NCBI GenBank assembly: GCA_965224195.1
Contig: OZ245040.1
Span: 1,984,001-2,048,000, forward strand
Source of the DNA: Nitrosopumilus sp.
GTDB taxonomy: Archaea > Thermoproteota > Nitrososphaeria > Nitrososphaerales > Nitrosopumilaceae
DNA: 64,000 bases
Direction of reading: 5' to 3'
In this document: positions 51,525 through 61,547 of the stretch, piece by piece
Position numbering within the stretch: the stretch's first letter is position 1
Layout of the letters: the number at the start of each line of letters is the position of its first letter
The notes under the pieces: model-generated
Told to the model about the DNA's origin: nothing
What the model saw: only the letters and a program-made list of their open reading frames with translations
The model's database searches: none
Position numbers and translations under genes: made by a program

Positions 51525-53739
51525 GATTTAGTCCTCGCCTCTTTTTGGTCAAAATATTGAATAGAATGACCTAGTTTTTTATGGAAATTTAATATGCTCT
51601 CTTTGTTTATTCCTCTCTCATCAATTCCAAATTCACCAGCATTACAGGTTGTACATTTGAAATGAGTGTATTTCTTAGATCTATTATCTGACGAATTTTT
51701 ATCATTTTTTGTGACTGATTTTTTATTTTTTATTTTTTTATCAGAGGTAGGCAAAGTGCACGTGTCAGACGTGTCAGCGTGCCAACCCTCTTTTTTGTGA
51801 CTAGATTTACTATTTTGTGACACGTGCATACTATTTTTCTTTGATTTATCCGTGTCAGTAGACGTGTCAGTCTTTGAGGATTTTTTATCATTTTTGTCTG
51901 ATTTGTTAGGTGACACGTTGACACGTGCACCATTTTTCGTAGACGTGTCAATATTTGGGTCATTTTGTGCCTGATTTTCACTAGTGACACGTTGACACGT
52001 TGACACGTCTACTTTACTTTCTAATCTGGATTGATTAGGTGTGCTAGAAGCTATTTTCAGAATCAATGAGCCACGCTTGAATTTATTATCCCTTGAATTG
52101 TATCTGTGACTTGAAATTAGATATCCAGAATTTCTAAATGATTCACTGAATCGGGTTAGTTGGCCAGATAGTTTTGATTTTGTTTTTGGAAATCTTGAAA
52201 GTCTGGATTTACGATCTATGTTTTTACTATCTGCAACTTGTACAGACTGGTTATAAAGTTCATCAATTGTAATATCAAAAGGTGTTTTTTTATTCTTAAA
52301 TAAATCTAAAACAATGTCAATTATAGGCCATGTATCAGATGCACCTAGAGAATTAGAATCTAGATTTTGTTTGTATGCTTCAAGAAATTCAAAGTTATCA
52401 AATCCCAAACTTCTAGAAATACATTCACCAAAAACTATAAAATCTGCCATTCTTTCCTTAGATGTTATTTCTTTTTTTACACCATCAAAAATATTCAATG
52501 TGTTTGATAGAGTGTTAAAACATTGGTCTAACAAATATGGGACTAGTGAATTTATTTTTTTATCAAACTCTTCTTCTGTAAGTCTTTCATTTTTTGGAAT
52601 GTATTTGGTTTCATAAAAAACAGACCTCTGCATTAAATCTGGGTATTCTATATTTGGTGTATCCCATTTAGAATAATTCTTGTCTGAATTTTTAGTATAA
52701 TTTCTTTTGAATCTTGATATAACTCTCTTTTGATATGTGTGTGTCCTGTAACTGCACGGCATAGATTATCACTAACTTCATGGTCAAAATAAGAAATATT
52801 ATCAAAGTTTGACAGATATCTATTATACAGATGAATATTCAAATCATCAATCTTTTTTGGCATGCTTGCTAAATTCTCAGGGCTTGGGTCAATGATTTTT
52901 TTGATCGTGCTAGTCGTCGTACTCTTAGAACTGCCTTGCTCACCATGAAAAATCATGACTGGTATTGGATAGGATTCTAAGAATAATGATACTAGATGGA
53001 CTTTGAATAATAATTTATTCTGCTGTTGTATTTTTAATAGATTGCATAGTTCGTCTAGAGGATTTTTTGATTTTGATTTTTTTGGTTTGACCTGTTCTAA
53101 TGGACTTGATTTTCTTCTAAATAGAGGGGTATTGTGGTCTATCTTCTCTATTGAATAGCCGTTTTTGGTAATTTTCACTAGTTCGTATTTATCATTACAT
53201 AAATCATAAAAAATCTCATTCTCTAGAAAAGCAACTCTACTGAAGATATTCTCAATTTTAATCTCATTTACTATAGAATGAGATGTAATAACAGATAATG
53301 CAGTTTTGTATAATTCATCACTAAATATTTCACCTGTTGCAGATTCGTAAACTGATTTAATCCATTGTACAGAATCCCATGAGCCAACCTCTATGGTTTT
53401 GTAATGGTTGTTTATCTTAACTAGCGCATATACTCTGTTATGGTCTCCTGCACTTCTAACTTTTTTTATTATTTGTGATTGCGCAAAATCATAAACTTGT
53501 CTAACATTGTTTGCATTATTATCATCATCTTTTGAGATTTTAGATTTTTCATATTCTGGATTATCTTGTTTGGAATTAAATTTTTTCCATTTACATTTTC
53601 CTAAATACTTGTTTTTCTCAATGTGTTCTAGTTGCACTTTAGAACCCTTAATCATGGAGCCTTGTTTCTCGTGTTTTAGATTTGTACAGATTATCAGATT
53701 ATCATCAGGGTTTTTCTTATCTGATTTTTTGACTACCAC
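51521..53739 (-). pseudogene. P-loop ATPase / putative replicative helicase, frameshifted near 52660
   Basis: GEQGSSKS Walker A, FDN, RELY, ILNGI then PDLMQRS in the next frame; RMADF. Confidence 0.75.
51761..52007. repeat. Cluster of 11 TGACACG/CGTGTCA heptamers, candidate replication origin
   Basis: Exact copies at 51761, 51770, 51818, 51851, 51863, 51911, 51919, 51944, 51985, 51993, 52001. Confidence 0.8.
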
Positions 53740-53966
53740 TAAACTTCAACTCCAGAAAAATCAGACAATACATCTACAAACCATAAAGGATTACGATGGT
53801 CATTTACAAAGTCAATCAGTCCTAGTGAAAATGCGGTTTCTTGTTTTTCCTTATAACCGTGGTCATATCTTAGATGCCTCTTTATCTGTGAAAGGTCAGA
53901 TGTGACAGGTTTTGTATGAAATTTGCATCCAAAAACAGGGCATATGCGTGGTATTATGAGGCTCAA
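53739..53966 (-). CDS. Small C2H2-type zinc-finger protein
   Basis: CPVFGC...RHLRYDH. Confidence 0.6.
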   Translation of the reverse strand: MSLIIPRICPVFGCKFHTKPVTSDLSQIKRHLRYDHGYKEKQETAFSLGLIDFVNDHRNPLWFVDVLSDFSGVEV

Positions 53967-54115
53967 ATAGAGTCACCTGTGGATTTGTGATGTTGTGTAA
54001 TATGGTATCTTAGGGCATATTGAGAGACAAATCGTTTAGATCTGCCTTTGATTTTTTTACATATATGACAAAGAATTAGATTAGAATGCTTTTTTGGTGA
54101 GATAATCTTACTCAT
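53963..54115 (-). CDS. 50-aa C2H2-type zinc-finger protein
   Basis: LCHICKK...ALRYHITQHH; overlaps next gene by 4 bp. Confidence 0.55.
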   Translation of the reverse strand: MSKIISPKKHSNLILCHICKKIKGRSKRFVSQYALRYHITQHHKSTGDSI

Positions 54116-54163
54116 AATATACACTTCCTAAGATGGGATTTGTAAAACTTGAAAGAAAGTCCG

Positions 54164-54517
54164 TCAAAACATATCTTTCAAGTATTTTTTTAATTTTATA
54201 ATAAAAAATAGAGTTTCTAATATCACTGAAAGCAATACTAGAACTCTATGGTGTAGGTTTGTTGAACCATTACAGTTGCACTCAACATGTTTCACAATTT
54301 CATCAGTTCTGTATCTAGATTCTCTAGCAGATGAGATATTATCTCCACTGAGAAATTGATTGAAAAAAATAATGATACCTGTAACAGTATCATTATTTTG
54401 GTGTAGGAGTTGCCCATTCATTTCTACAAGTTTGCAAATTTGTCTAAGATGTTTCTGAATTTTCAGCATCTGAGATTTCTCTCTTATTACAAATTGAACT
54501 AATGAGTTAGAATTCAA
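54164..54517 (-). CDS. Hypothetical element protein
   Basis: 117-aa ORF co-oriented in leftward operon. Confidence 0.4.
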   Translation of the reverse strand: MNSNSLVQFVIREKSQMLKIQKHLRQICKLVEMNGQLLHQNNDTVTGIIIFFNQFLSGDNISSARESRYRTDEIVKHVECNCNGSTNLHHRVLVLLSVILETLFFIIKLKKYLKDMF

Positions 54518-54528
54518 GAGTTATCCTC

Positions 54529-54717
54529 TTATGATTTTTGTTTGATTTCTTTTCTAAGTACAGTTAGGTTTTTTCTTGAAAGTTGTACTAGCTGTTTTAG
54601 ATTGTATTGTTGGTTTTGTTTTTTGTAGTGTAGAATAATGGATGTTATGATTTCTGATTTGTAGATTCCAATTTCTTGTATGATTTTCTTTTCATATACA
54701 GTAAGTTGAAGATTCAA
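54529..54717 (-). CDS. Hypothetical element protein
   Basis: 62-aa ORF co-oriented in leftward operon. Confidence 0.4.
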   Translation of the reverse strand: MNLQLTVYEKKIIQEIGIYKSEIITSIILHYKKQNQQYNLKQLVQLSRKNLTVLRKEIKQKS

Positions 54718-55043
54718 TTTTGTAAAACCTCTTCTTTAATTTTAGTTTCAGAAATGAATCCATCAAAATCAGGGTCATGTTTACAAGAATCACAAACTAA
54801 GAATTCATATCAAGAATCATTCAAAATACCTACAAGTTTAATTTTTTCTGTTTTATGTTCACATGTTCTGTGTATGATCGAACTCATTATTTTGAACCGC
54901 CTTTGGAATTTAGATAAAAGTTCAAAATAATATCAAACTGTTCTACTTGAGATCTTTTTTCAGTTTTACATACAGAATCAAATTTTTTCTTTGCTTTTGG
55001 TCGTATGTTTATACCATCATAAGATTTTATTTCTACCAATATT

Positions 55044-55059
55044 TACATACTAGTATGTA
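55044..55059. promoter_or_regulatory. Perfect 16-bp palindrome TACATACTAGTATGTA, candidate operator
   Basis: Between a TATA-like run (55061-55070) and the first TTG (55039) of the leftward operon. Confidence 0.55.
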
Positions 55060-55481
55060 GTATTATATATCTGTAGTCCTACCAAAATTTACTTAACACA
55101 AACATTAACAAAAGTCTCAATATGTAAATATATGTAGATTTTAGATCATAAAATATGGGAAATAGAGATAATTGGTCATATATCCAAATGCCCAAAACAG
55201 TGTTTGAAGAAGTTGAAAAAATGTTAAAATCTGAAGAATTCACAAAAATAGGAATTTTTAAACCTAAAGATATTGCTCTTATTCTATTTAGAGATTTCAT
55301 AGAAAATGGTTCAAGCATATTAGACATCACATCAAAAGTAAAAAGATTACAAATTGAAGTAGATACAACAAACAATATACTATACATGATAACTCAAAAT
55401 AAACTAGATAGGAAAAAATTTGAAAACATAAACCATGAACAAACAATAGACAAGGAAACTATTCTAAATGATGATAATATC

Positions 55482-56473
55482 TACTTTGTCGAACAAATAA
55501 CAATCTGATCAACTTTATTTCATAACAATAGCTTTGGATCTCACATTCTGACCATTCTCATGGTTAACTGGAATCAATACAATGAAAAACTAGTCAGAAG
55601 AGGCGAGATCATAATGTCATTTGATGCTATTGATAACTGGCATAAAGAATTAGAGGTCATGAATCACAACAAAAGAGGTAGAAAGTTTGACTATCCTGAT
55701 TCATTCATGAAATTATTGGGTTATGCTAGAATCTATTTTGGATTACCATTCAGACAAACAGAAGGAATGATACGTGCATATTGTAATAGAGTTCCAGCAG
55801 TTCCTGATTTCACATCAATCCACAAGAGAATAAACAAGCTTGACATCAAAACTGATGATTCCATTGGAGATAATAATGAAATCATTTTGGCAATTGACAG
55901 CACAGGAATCAAGGTTGCAAACAGGGGCGAATGGATGAGACAGAAATGGCACATGAGGAGAGGATTTCTAAAAATCCATGTTGGTGCCGATGTCAAATCA
56001 AAGAAAATAGTTTCACTGAAAATAACAGATGATTCATCCCATGATGCTGCACATCTGCCAGAACTGGTACAGCAGGCATCACAGAAAGGAAATGTAATCA
56101 AGGTTCTAGCTGATGGCGCATATGATTCAGAAAACAACTTCTCATATCTATATCACAACACAGATGCACTGCCTGCAATCAAAGTTAGAAAGACATCATC
56201 TCTCAAAACAAAATGTTATCCGAGAAAGAAATCAGTCTTGGCTCAAATGTATAATTTGGATTTGTGGAAGCGCAGCGTCAGCTATGGGGACAGGTGGATT
56301 GTAGAGTGTGTGTTTTCAACATTCAAAAGGATGTTTGGTGAGTATGTCATGGCTCACAAAAGAAAATACATGGCAAAGGAATTAAAATTAAAAGTCGAGC
56401 TGTACAATCTGTTTGCAGGTGCTTGAGGGAATGAAATCAAAAACTAGTTAGAAATGATTTGTTCGACAGAGTA
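55482..56473 (+). mobile_element. IS5-family element, copy 2 (intact, 992 bp)
   Basis: 17-bp TIRs TACT(T/C)TGTCGAACAAAT; 8-bp TSD ATAATATC at 55474-55481 and 56474-56481. Confidence 0.95.
55560..56426 (+). CDS. IS5-family DDE transposase (IS903/ISH1-like)
   Basis: NWNQYNEKLVRRG, AIDSTG, ADGAYD, RWIVECVFS. Confidence 0.93.
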   Translation: MVNWNQYNEKLVRRGEIIMSFDAIDNWHKELEVMNHNKRGRKFDYPDSFMKLLGYARIYFGLPFRQTEGMIRAYCNRVPAVPDFTSIHKRINKLDIKTDDSIGDNNEIILAIDSTGIKVANRGEWMRQKWHMRRGFLKIHVGADVKSKKIVSLKITDDSSHDAAHLPELVQQASQKGNVIKVLADGAYDSENNFSYLYHNTDALPAIKVRKTSSLKTKCYPRKKSVLAQMYNLDLWKRSVSYGDRWIVECVFSTFKRMFGEYVMAHKRKYMAKELKLKVELYNLFAGA

Positions 56474-56609
56474 ATAATATCAATAAACAAGTTAAAATTA
56501 TTCACAAGGACAACATACCATATTGTACACATGATAAAACTAACAATTGCATTCATACGTATTATATGATAATACTATCTAAATTAATTAATTTAAAAAA
56601 AATGAAAGA

Positions 56610-57878
56610 TTAATTTTCATTATACTTCTTAAGTAATCTAATTTCTCTTTTCATTTCATTAAATTCTTTTTCTGATTCTTCTTCTAAGTTTTTCATTCTT
56701 TCTTGTAGTAATTCTTTTTCTTCTCGTTCTTTCTCTTCTAATTCCATTGCAGTTTGAAGGTCTAAAGGTTTTCCACATTTTGAACAAGAATTAGATTCAG
56801 GTGGATTTGGCATTTCACAAATATTACAAATCTTTGGTGCTTTTGGTTTATCTTCATTATTAGATTCAATTCCAAAATGTTTCAAGATAGCGTTATCGAC
56901 ATCAGAGTCTGTCAGATGAGTATATCTATCAGGCATCTTTGAATCACCTACCCAGCCATGTCTTTTCGTCATTTGTGCTTGAGTCATATAATTAGCGGCT
57001 TTAGTTGCTGCACTATGTCTAAATAAAGTAAAATGTATTTTTTTGGTAAATCCAGGATGTTTTCTTTGAGCATTTTTAGCAGATCTAATCAATACCTGAC
57101 GTGCAGCAGAATAAGTCAAAGGTTTTCCATAATTATTTTTTGTAAGTTGTGGCCATAATGGAGCATCAGAATTATTTTTGAGAGGATGATTATTCATCCA
57201 TAATGCTAATTTTGGTGCAGCCTCAATAATTCTAATTGGTCTTTGACCTGTTTTACCATCCACCTTTAAAATAAATCCATATTTGTCTTGTGATACATGT
57301 TTGATTTTTAAATTCAAAATTTCACCAGCCCTAGAACCTGCATCTATTGCACAATCAATTAATGCTTCATTTCTTGGATTTCTATTACATCCATCCAAAA
57401 GTTTCAATCTATCATCAGAAGTCAAAAGATCTTCTCTAGTCAAAGAATTTGAAACTTTTTTTATTTTGATGTCTTTGGTCTCTATTGGATCACCAACACT
57501 ATCTTTACTTCTACTTCCAAGTTTCAACCATCTAAAAAATATCTTTAAAACTTTTTTATGATCATGACTTGAATGGGTCTCTTTACCTCTTGGGTCTGAA
57601 TAAGTATCTACAATATTTTTTACTAGTTTTGCAATATCAAATTTTGTTACATCATTCCAATTTTTTTCTAACATTCTACTCAAATTCAATAAAGTTTGAA
57701 TATGCTTATGTCTACCAGCCTTAGAAATTTGTTCTTGAATCATAACCATATCATAATTAGTGATTAAATCTAAGTTTTCTGCACTAAATTCTTTTTTTAT
57801 CAAATTGTATGTAGATTTAATTCTACGATCATAATCATAAATTGAAAAACTATCTGATTGTGATGTTCTTTGTTTCAA
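56610..57878 (-). CDS. Tyrosine integrase with C-terminal zinc ribbon
   Basis: GSRAGE, DGKTG, LFRHS, RHGW, DRY; CNICE...CSKCG; begins next to the tRNA-Asp 3' end. Confidence 0.92.
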   Translation of the reverse strand: MKQRTSQSDSFSIYDYDRRIKSTYNLIKKEFSAENLDLITNYDMVMIQEQISKAGRHKHIQTLLNLSRMLEKNWNDVTKFDIAKLVKNIVDTYSDPRGKETHSSHDHKKVLKIFFRWLKLGSRSKDSVGDPIETKDIKIKKVSNSLTREDLLTSDDRLKLLDGCNRNPRNEALIDCAIDAGSRAGEILNLKIKHVSQDKYGFILKVDGKTGQRPIRIIEAAPKLALWMNNHPLKNNSDAPLWPQLTKNNYGKPLTYSAARQVLIRSAKNAQRKHPGFTKKIHFTLFRHSAATKAANYMTQAQMTKRHGWVGDSKMPDRYTHLTDSDVDNAILKHFGIESNNEDKPKAPKICNICEMPNPPESNSCSKCGKPLDLQTAMELEEKEREEKELLQERMKNLEEESEKEFNEMKREIRLLKKYNEN

Positions 57879-57921
57879 TGAGTAGTGTAGGTAAAAATAG
57901 GGATTTAAACAAGATTATGAG

Positions 57922-57996
57922 CGCCCTCGGCGGGATTTGAACACGCGTCTCAGCCGTGACAGGGCCGAATTCTAGACCGGGCTATACTACAAGGGC
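57922..57996 (-). tRNA. tRNA-Asp(GTC), integration target
   Basis: CGGCC-CTGTCAC-GGCTG anticodon arm; 3' end duplicated at 44841. Confidence 0.93.
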
Positions 57997-58092
57997 ACAA
58001 ATTGTTAGAGTCAAAATGCCAGATTAAAAGTTTCTGTCACAACAAAATCTTTTGTAAAAGACTAAATTATACAATTAAGGCATTTTTTACGA

Positions 58093-58166
58093 GGGTCTAT
58101 GGCGCAGCCAGGTAGCGCACCGGACTTTTAATCCGGTTGTCAAGGGTCCGAATCCCTTTAGACCCG
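58093..58166 (+). tRNA. tRNA-Lys(TTT)
   Basis: GGGTCTA...CCGGA-CTTTTAA-TCCGG...TAGACCCG. Confidence 0.9.
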
Positions 58167-58184
58167 CTCTCTATTCTTTATTTA

Positions 58185-59642
58185 CTAAATTACTGCTTTA
58201 ACTTGCTTTTTCAAATCATCAATTGCAGCATTAATTTTGTTTTCTCTTTGTAACACATTAGATCTGTACTGATTAATTTTTTGAGTTCTATCAGAAATCA
58301 TTCTTTTTTGTTCATCATATCCTGAAGAACCAAAAGACTTTCTGTCCTTAAGAGATGAAACAACGGTAGTAGAAGATATGATTTTTAAGACAATCTTATG
58401 GTCAACTTTTGTGTCAGCCACAGATTTTTTAATTTCAGACAAGGTTAATTTTGAAATAGGTTTTTTTGAATCATATGCCAGTTGAACTAGTATTCCTGAA
58501 ATTTTATGGATCACTCTAAACGGAATTCCTTCTTGAACTAATTTTTCAGCAATGTCTAATGCAATTAGATTACTTGACTCTGTAACTTTTTTCATTTGTT
58601 TCTCATTTACTTTCAAAGTTAGAAGAATTGATTTTAAAATTAATAATGCACTGATAGAAATTTTTGATGTAGACCAGATAGATGATTTAATTTGTTGTAA
58701 ATCTCGCCCATATCCAGATGCCAATCCTTTAACAGTTGTTAAAATTGCAGTTAGATTTCCAATGACTTCTGCTGTTTTACCTCGTGTAAGTTCTAAAATA
58801 TCAGGATTCTTTTTTTGAGGCATCACACTAGATGGAGATGTAAATTCATCTGATAGTTCAATAAATGAAAATTCAGAAGTAGACCAAATTACAAAATCTT
58901 CAGAAATTTTACTAAGATTAGTCATCAAGATAGAAATCATTGCCACATATTCTGCTACAAAATCCCTGGTACTTGTTGCATCAATTGAATTTTCAACCAA
59001 ACCATCAAAGCCCAACATCTTTGCAGTGCTATGTCTATCAATAGGAATACTTGTTCCTCCAACAGGACCTGCTCCAAGTGGACTTTGGTTTATTCGTTCA
59101 AACGTTCCAAATAATCTTTCAAAATCTCGTGTCAAAACATCAGCATGTGCTAAAAGATAATGAGAAAAAAGACCTGCTTGTGCTTGTTGAAGATGAGTGT
59201 ATAGTGGCATGATTGTTTTTTGGTGGTTTTTAGCCACGGATACAAGGGCTTCAATGGTATCTAAAAGACAATTACAAATGATGTTGATATCGTCTCTTAT
59301 TTTCATTCGAATATCTAAAACAACTTGATCATTTCGAGATCTTGCCGTATGCATTTTTCCTCCACTGGCCATTCCAGCTTTTTTTATCACCAATGTTTCA
59401 ATTAGCTCATGAATATCTTCTGCGCCTGATGAAGCATCAAATTTTTTATTTTTCAAACTCTCTAAAGCAGTCAAAATTTTTTTGACATCATTATTTGTTA
59501 TGATATTTTGTTGAAATAACATCAAAGCGTGAGCTTGGCTTCCAAGAATATCATAAAGTGCAATTTCAGAATCATCATTAATTGATGAAACATAATCCAA
59601 AGTGATATCACTCAAATCAGTACCAAGACGTGAACGATACAT
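58185..59642 (-). CDS. argH: Argininosuccinate lyase
   Basis: HTARSRNDQ, YTHLQ, SSVMPQKKNPD. Confidence 0.96.
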   Translation of the reverse strand: MYRSRLGTDLSDITLDYVSSINDDSEIALYDILGSQAHALMLFQQNIITNNDVKKILTALESLKNKKFDASSGAEDIHELIETLVIKKAGMASGGKMHTARSRNDQVVLDIRMKIRDDINIICNCLLDTIEALVSVAKNHQKTIMPLYTHLQQAQAGLFSHYLLAHADVLTRDFERLFGTFERINQSPLGAGPVGGTSIPIDRHSTAKMLGFDGLVENSIDATSTRDFVAEYVAMISILMTNLSKISEDFVIWSTSEFSFIELSDEFTSPSSVMPQKKNPDILELTRGKTAEVIGNLTAILTTVKGLASGYGRDLQQIKSSIWSTSKISISALLILKSILLTLKVNEKQMKKVTESSNLIALDIAEKLVQEGIPFRVIHKISGILVQLAYDSKKPISKLTLSEIKKSVADTKVDHKIVLKIISSTTVVSSLKDRKSFGSSGYDEQKRMISDRTQKINQYRSNVLQRENKINAAIDDLKKQVKAVI

Positions 59643-59691
59643 TACCTAAGGTTCTATAATGGTTATATATAGCAACGATGGTTTTCACGAC

Positions 59692-60015
59692 ATGAGCCAA
59701 GATATCAAACTGATGCGAGTTAAAATATTTGATGAGCTATCAAAGATTGTAGATCCAGAAATTAACACATCAATTGTAGAACTAGAATTAATTGATGAAG
59801 TTGATATCAACGACAGTAATGTCAAAGTGGATTTACATCTTACCAGTCCGTTCTGTCCAGCAGTATTTGGTTTTAAGATTTGTCAAGATGTACATGATAA
59901 TCTTTTGAAAGTAGATGGTGTAAAAGATGTTAAAGTTAATGTCTCAAATCACTTTATGGCTGAACAGATTAACAATCAAGTAAACAATAGCCCAAATCCA
60001 AAAAAATTAGGTTAA
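59692..60015 (+). CDS. DUF59/SufT metal-sulfur cluster assembly factor
   Basis: DPEINTSIVELELI, LTSPFCP. Confidence 0.88.
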   Translation: MSQDIKLMRVKIFDELSKIVDPEINTSIVELELIDEVDINDSNVKVDLHLTSPFCPAVFGFKICQDVHDNLLKVDGVKDVKVNVSNHFMAEQINNQVNNSPNPKKLG

Positions 60016-60767
60016 CTTCTAAAACCTAACATATATCCTCTAAGTAGTTGAATTCCCATAGCAGGATCAACTCCTTTTGGACATACTTGACTACAAGAAC
60101 CAGCAAAATGACATCTCCAAATACCATGAGAATCATCAATCACTTTTAATCTAGAATCCTTACCCTTATCTCTACTATCAGCAACATATCGATATGCTTG
60201 AGCTAATGCTTGAGGTCCAACAAATGATGAATCAGTAGCCATTGTAGGACATGCAGAATTACACAAACCACATTTGATACAATTTGCAAATTGGATGTAT
60301 TGTTCTACTTCTTCAGGAGTTTGTAAGAATTCTTTTTCATTAGATGCTAGTTCAGAATCATCTCTAATTAGATATGGTTTAATTTTTTGATGAGTATCAA
60401 ATAATTTTTCAAACTTGACAGCTAAATCACGAATTACTGGGAAATTATTCATTGGTTCAACAGTTACAGTGTTAGAATCTAATTCACTAATTTTTGTAAA
60501 ACATGCTAATCTTGGTTTTCCATTAATTATCATTCCACATGAACCACATGTAGCTTGTCTACAAGAATAACGAACCGCTACAGAATGATCAAAATATTTT
60601 TTCACATCAAGGATTGCTTCTAGGACGGTTGTCCATTTTTCATATTTCACATTAAATTCCATAAATCCACTTGATTTATCATGTTCTGGATTAAATCTTG
60701 AAATTTTAAGAATTGCAGATTTTGCGGTTGGTGATTGTTCGTTTGAAACACTAGAAACTTGAGCCAT
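60012..60767 (-). CDS. sdhB: Succinate dehydrogenase Fe-S subunit
   Basis: SCRQATCGSC, CIKCGLC, CPKG. Confidence 0.95.
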   Translation of the reverse strand: MAQVSSVSNEQSPTAKSAILKISRFNPEHDKSSGFMEFNVKYEKWTTVLEAILDVKKYFDHSVAVRYSCRQATCGSCGMIINGKPRLACFTKISELDSNTVTVEPMNNFPVIRDLAVKFEKLFDTHQKIKPYLIRDDSELASNEKEFLQTPEEVEQYIQFANCIKCGLCNSACPTMATDSSFVGPQALAQAYRYVADSRDKGKDSRLKVIDDSHGIWRCHFAGSCSQVCPKGVDPAMGIQLLRGYMLGFRS

Positions 60768-60769
60768 TT

Positions 60770-61114
60770 CTATACCATTCCCATGTTAGTCATAATAATT
60801 GTTCTTGAACCATATGCTATTAATCCAATCATTGCTGCAAGACAACCGTAAGAAACAGCTTTTTCATAAAGTCTTCCTTGTTTTAATTCAAGTAAGATCA
60901 CTCTTAGTCCATTAAATCCATGAACTGAAAGTAAAATTAGAATTAGTTCTAACATTATAGCATATGGGACAAATTTATAATTAGCAAGTACATTCTCATA
61001 TTCTAGAGACTCAGCATAGTTCATTGTGAGGCGCATCAAAATATGAACTGCGACTAAAGCCACAGATGCCAAAGCAGTCCCATAGTGAATTTTCATAATT
61101 GTACTTTCTTTCAT
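60770..61114 (-). CDS. sdhD: Succinate dehydrogenase membrane anchor
   Basis: TM helices, HGFNGLR, operon position. Confidence 0.85.
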   Translation of the reverse strand: MKESTIMKIHYGTALASVALVAVHILMRLTMNYAESLEYENVLANYKFVPYAIMLELILILLSVHGFNGLRVILLELKQGRLYEKAVSYGCLAAMIGLIAYGSRTIIMTNMGMV

Positions 61115-61115
61115 T

Positions 61116-61547
61116 TTATTCACCAAACATTACCGCCAAACCATACATCATTGCAACTGCTGCAAGAACTATTGCAGAATAAATTCCAATTTTATGTCTA
61201 TAATTTTGTGATGCTGGATCATATGGATAATCAGGTCTTGCAGGTTTTCCTACACCCACACCCCCATGTCCCAACATTACTCGAACTCCATTTACAGTGT
61301 GAAATACACACATCGCAATCACAATAGACATAATGATGTGTCCTTCAGTGGTCGAAATCATTTCCATGAAATCATCCCATCCAACTTGACCTCGTAAAAT
61401 ATTACTTGTTTCATAAATATGACCAATAAAATATGCCAATAATCCCAATCCACTTAATCTCATTAACAAATATGCAACACGTTCAATTCCATATCGACGA
61501 GGGTTGATCATTCCGCCAATGCCTTCTTTATGTTCATCTTGTGGCAT
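61116..61547 (-). CDS. sdhC: Succinate dehydrogenase cytochrome b subunit
   Basis: RLSGLGL, FHTVNGVR. Confidence 0.87.
   Translation of the reverse strand: MPQDEHKEGIGGMINPRRYGIERVAYLLMRLSGLGLLAYFIGHIYETSNILRGQVGWDDFMEMISTTEGHIIMSIVIAMCVFHTVNGVRVMLGHGGVGVGKPARPDYPYDPASQNYRHKIGIYSAIVLAAVAMMYGLAVMFGE

Larger units (their letters stand above)
55155..56613 (+). pseudogene. Putative RHH-type regulator interrupted by IS5
   Basis: Removing the IS and one TSD restores frame: ...LNDDNINKQVKIIHKDNIPYCTHDKTNNCIH...MKD*. Confidence 0.7.
44841..57939. mobile_element. About 13-kb plasmid-like element integrated at tRNA-Asp
   Basis: 19-bp direct repeats, tyrosine integrase next to the tRNA, primase/ATPase module, no recognisable capsid or conjugation genes. 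Confidence 0.9.

Noticed and set aside
51730-51990. Alternative-frame 86-aa ORF across the heptamer cluster
   Set aside because: Nested in the ATPase gene; by-product of the repeats
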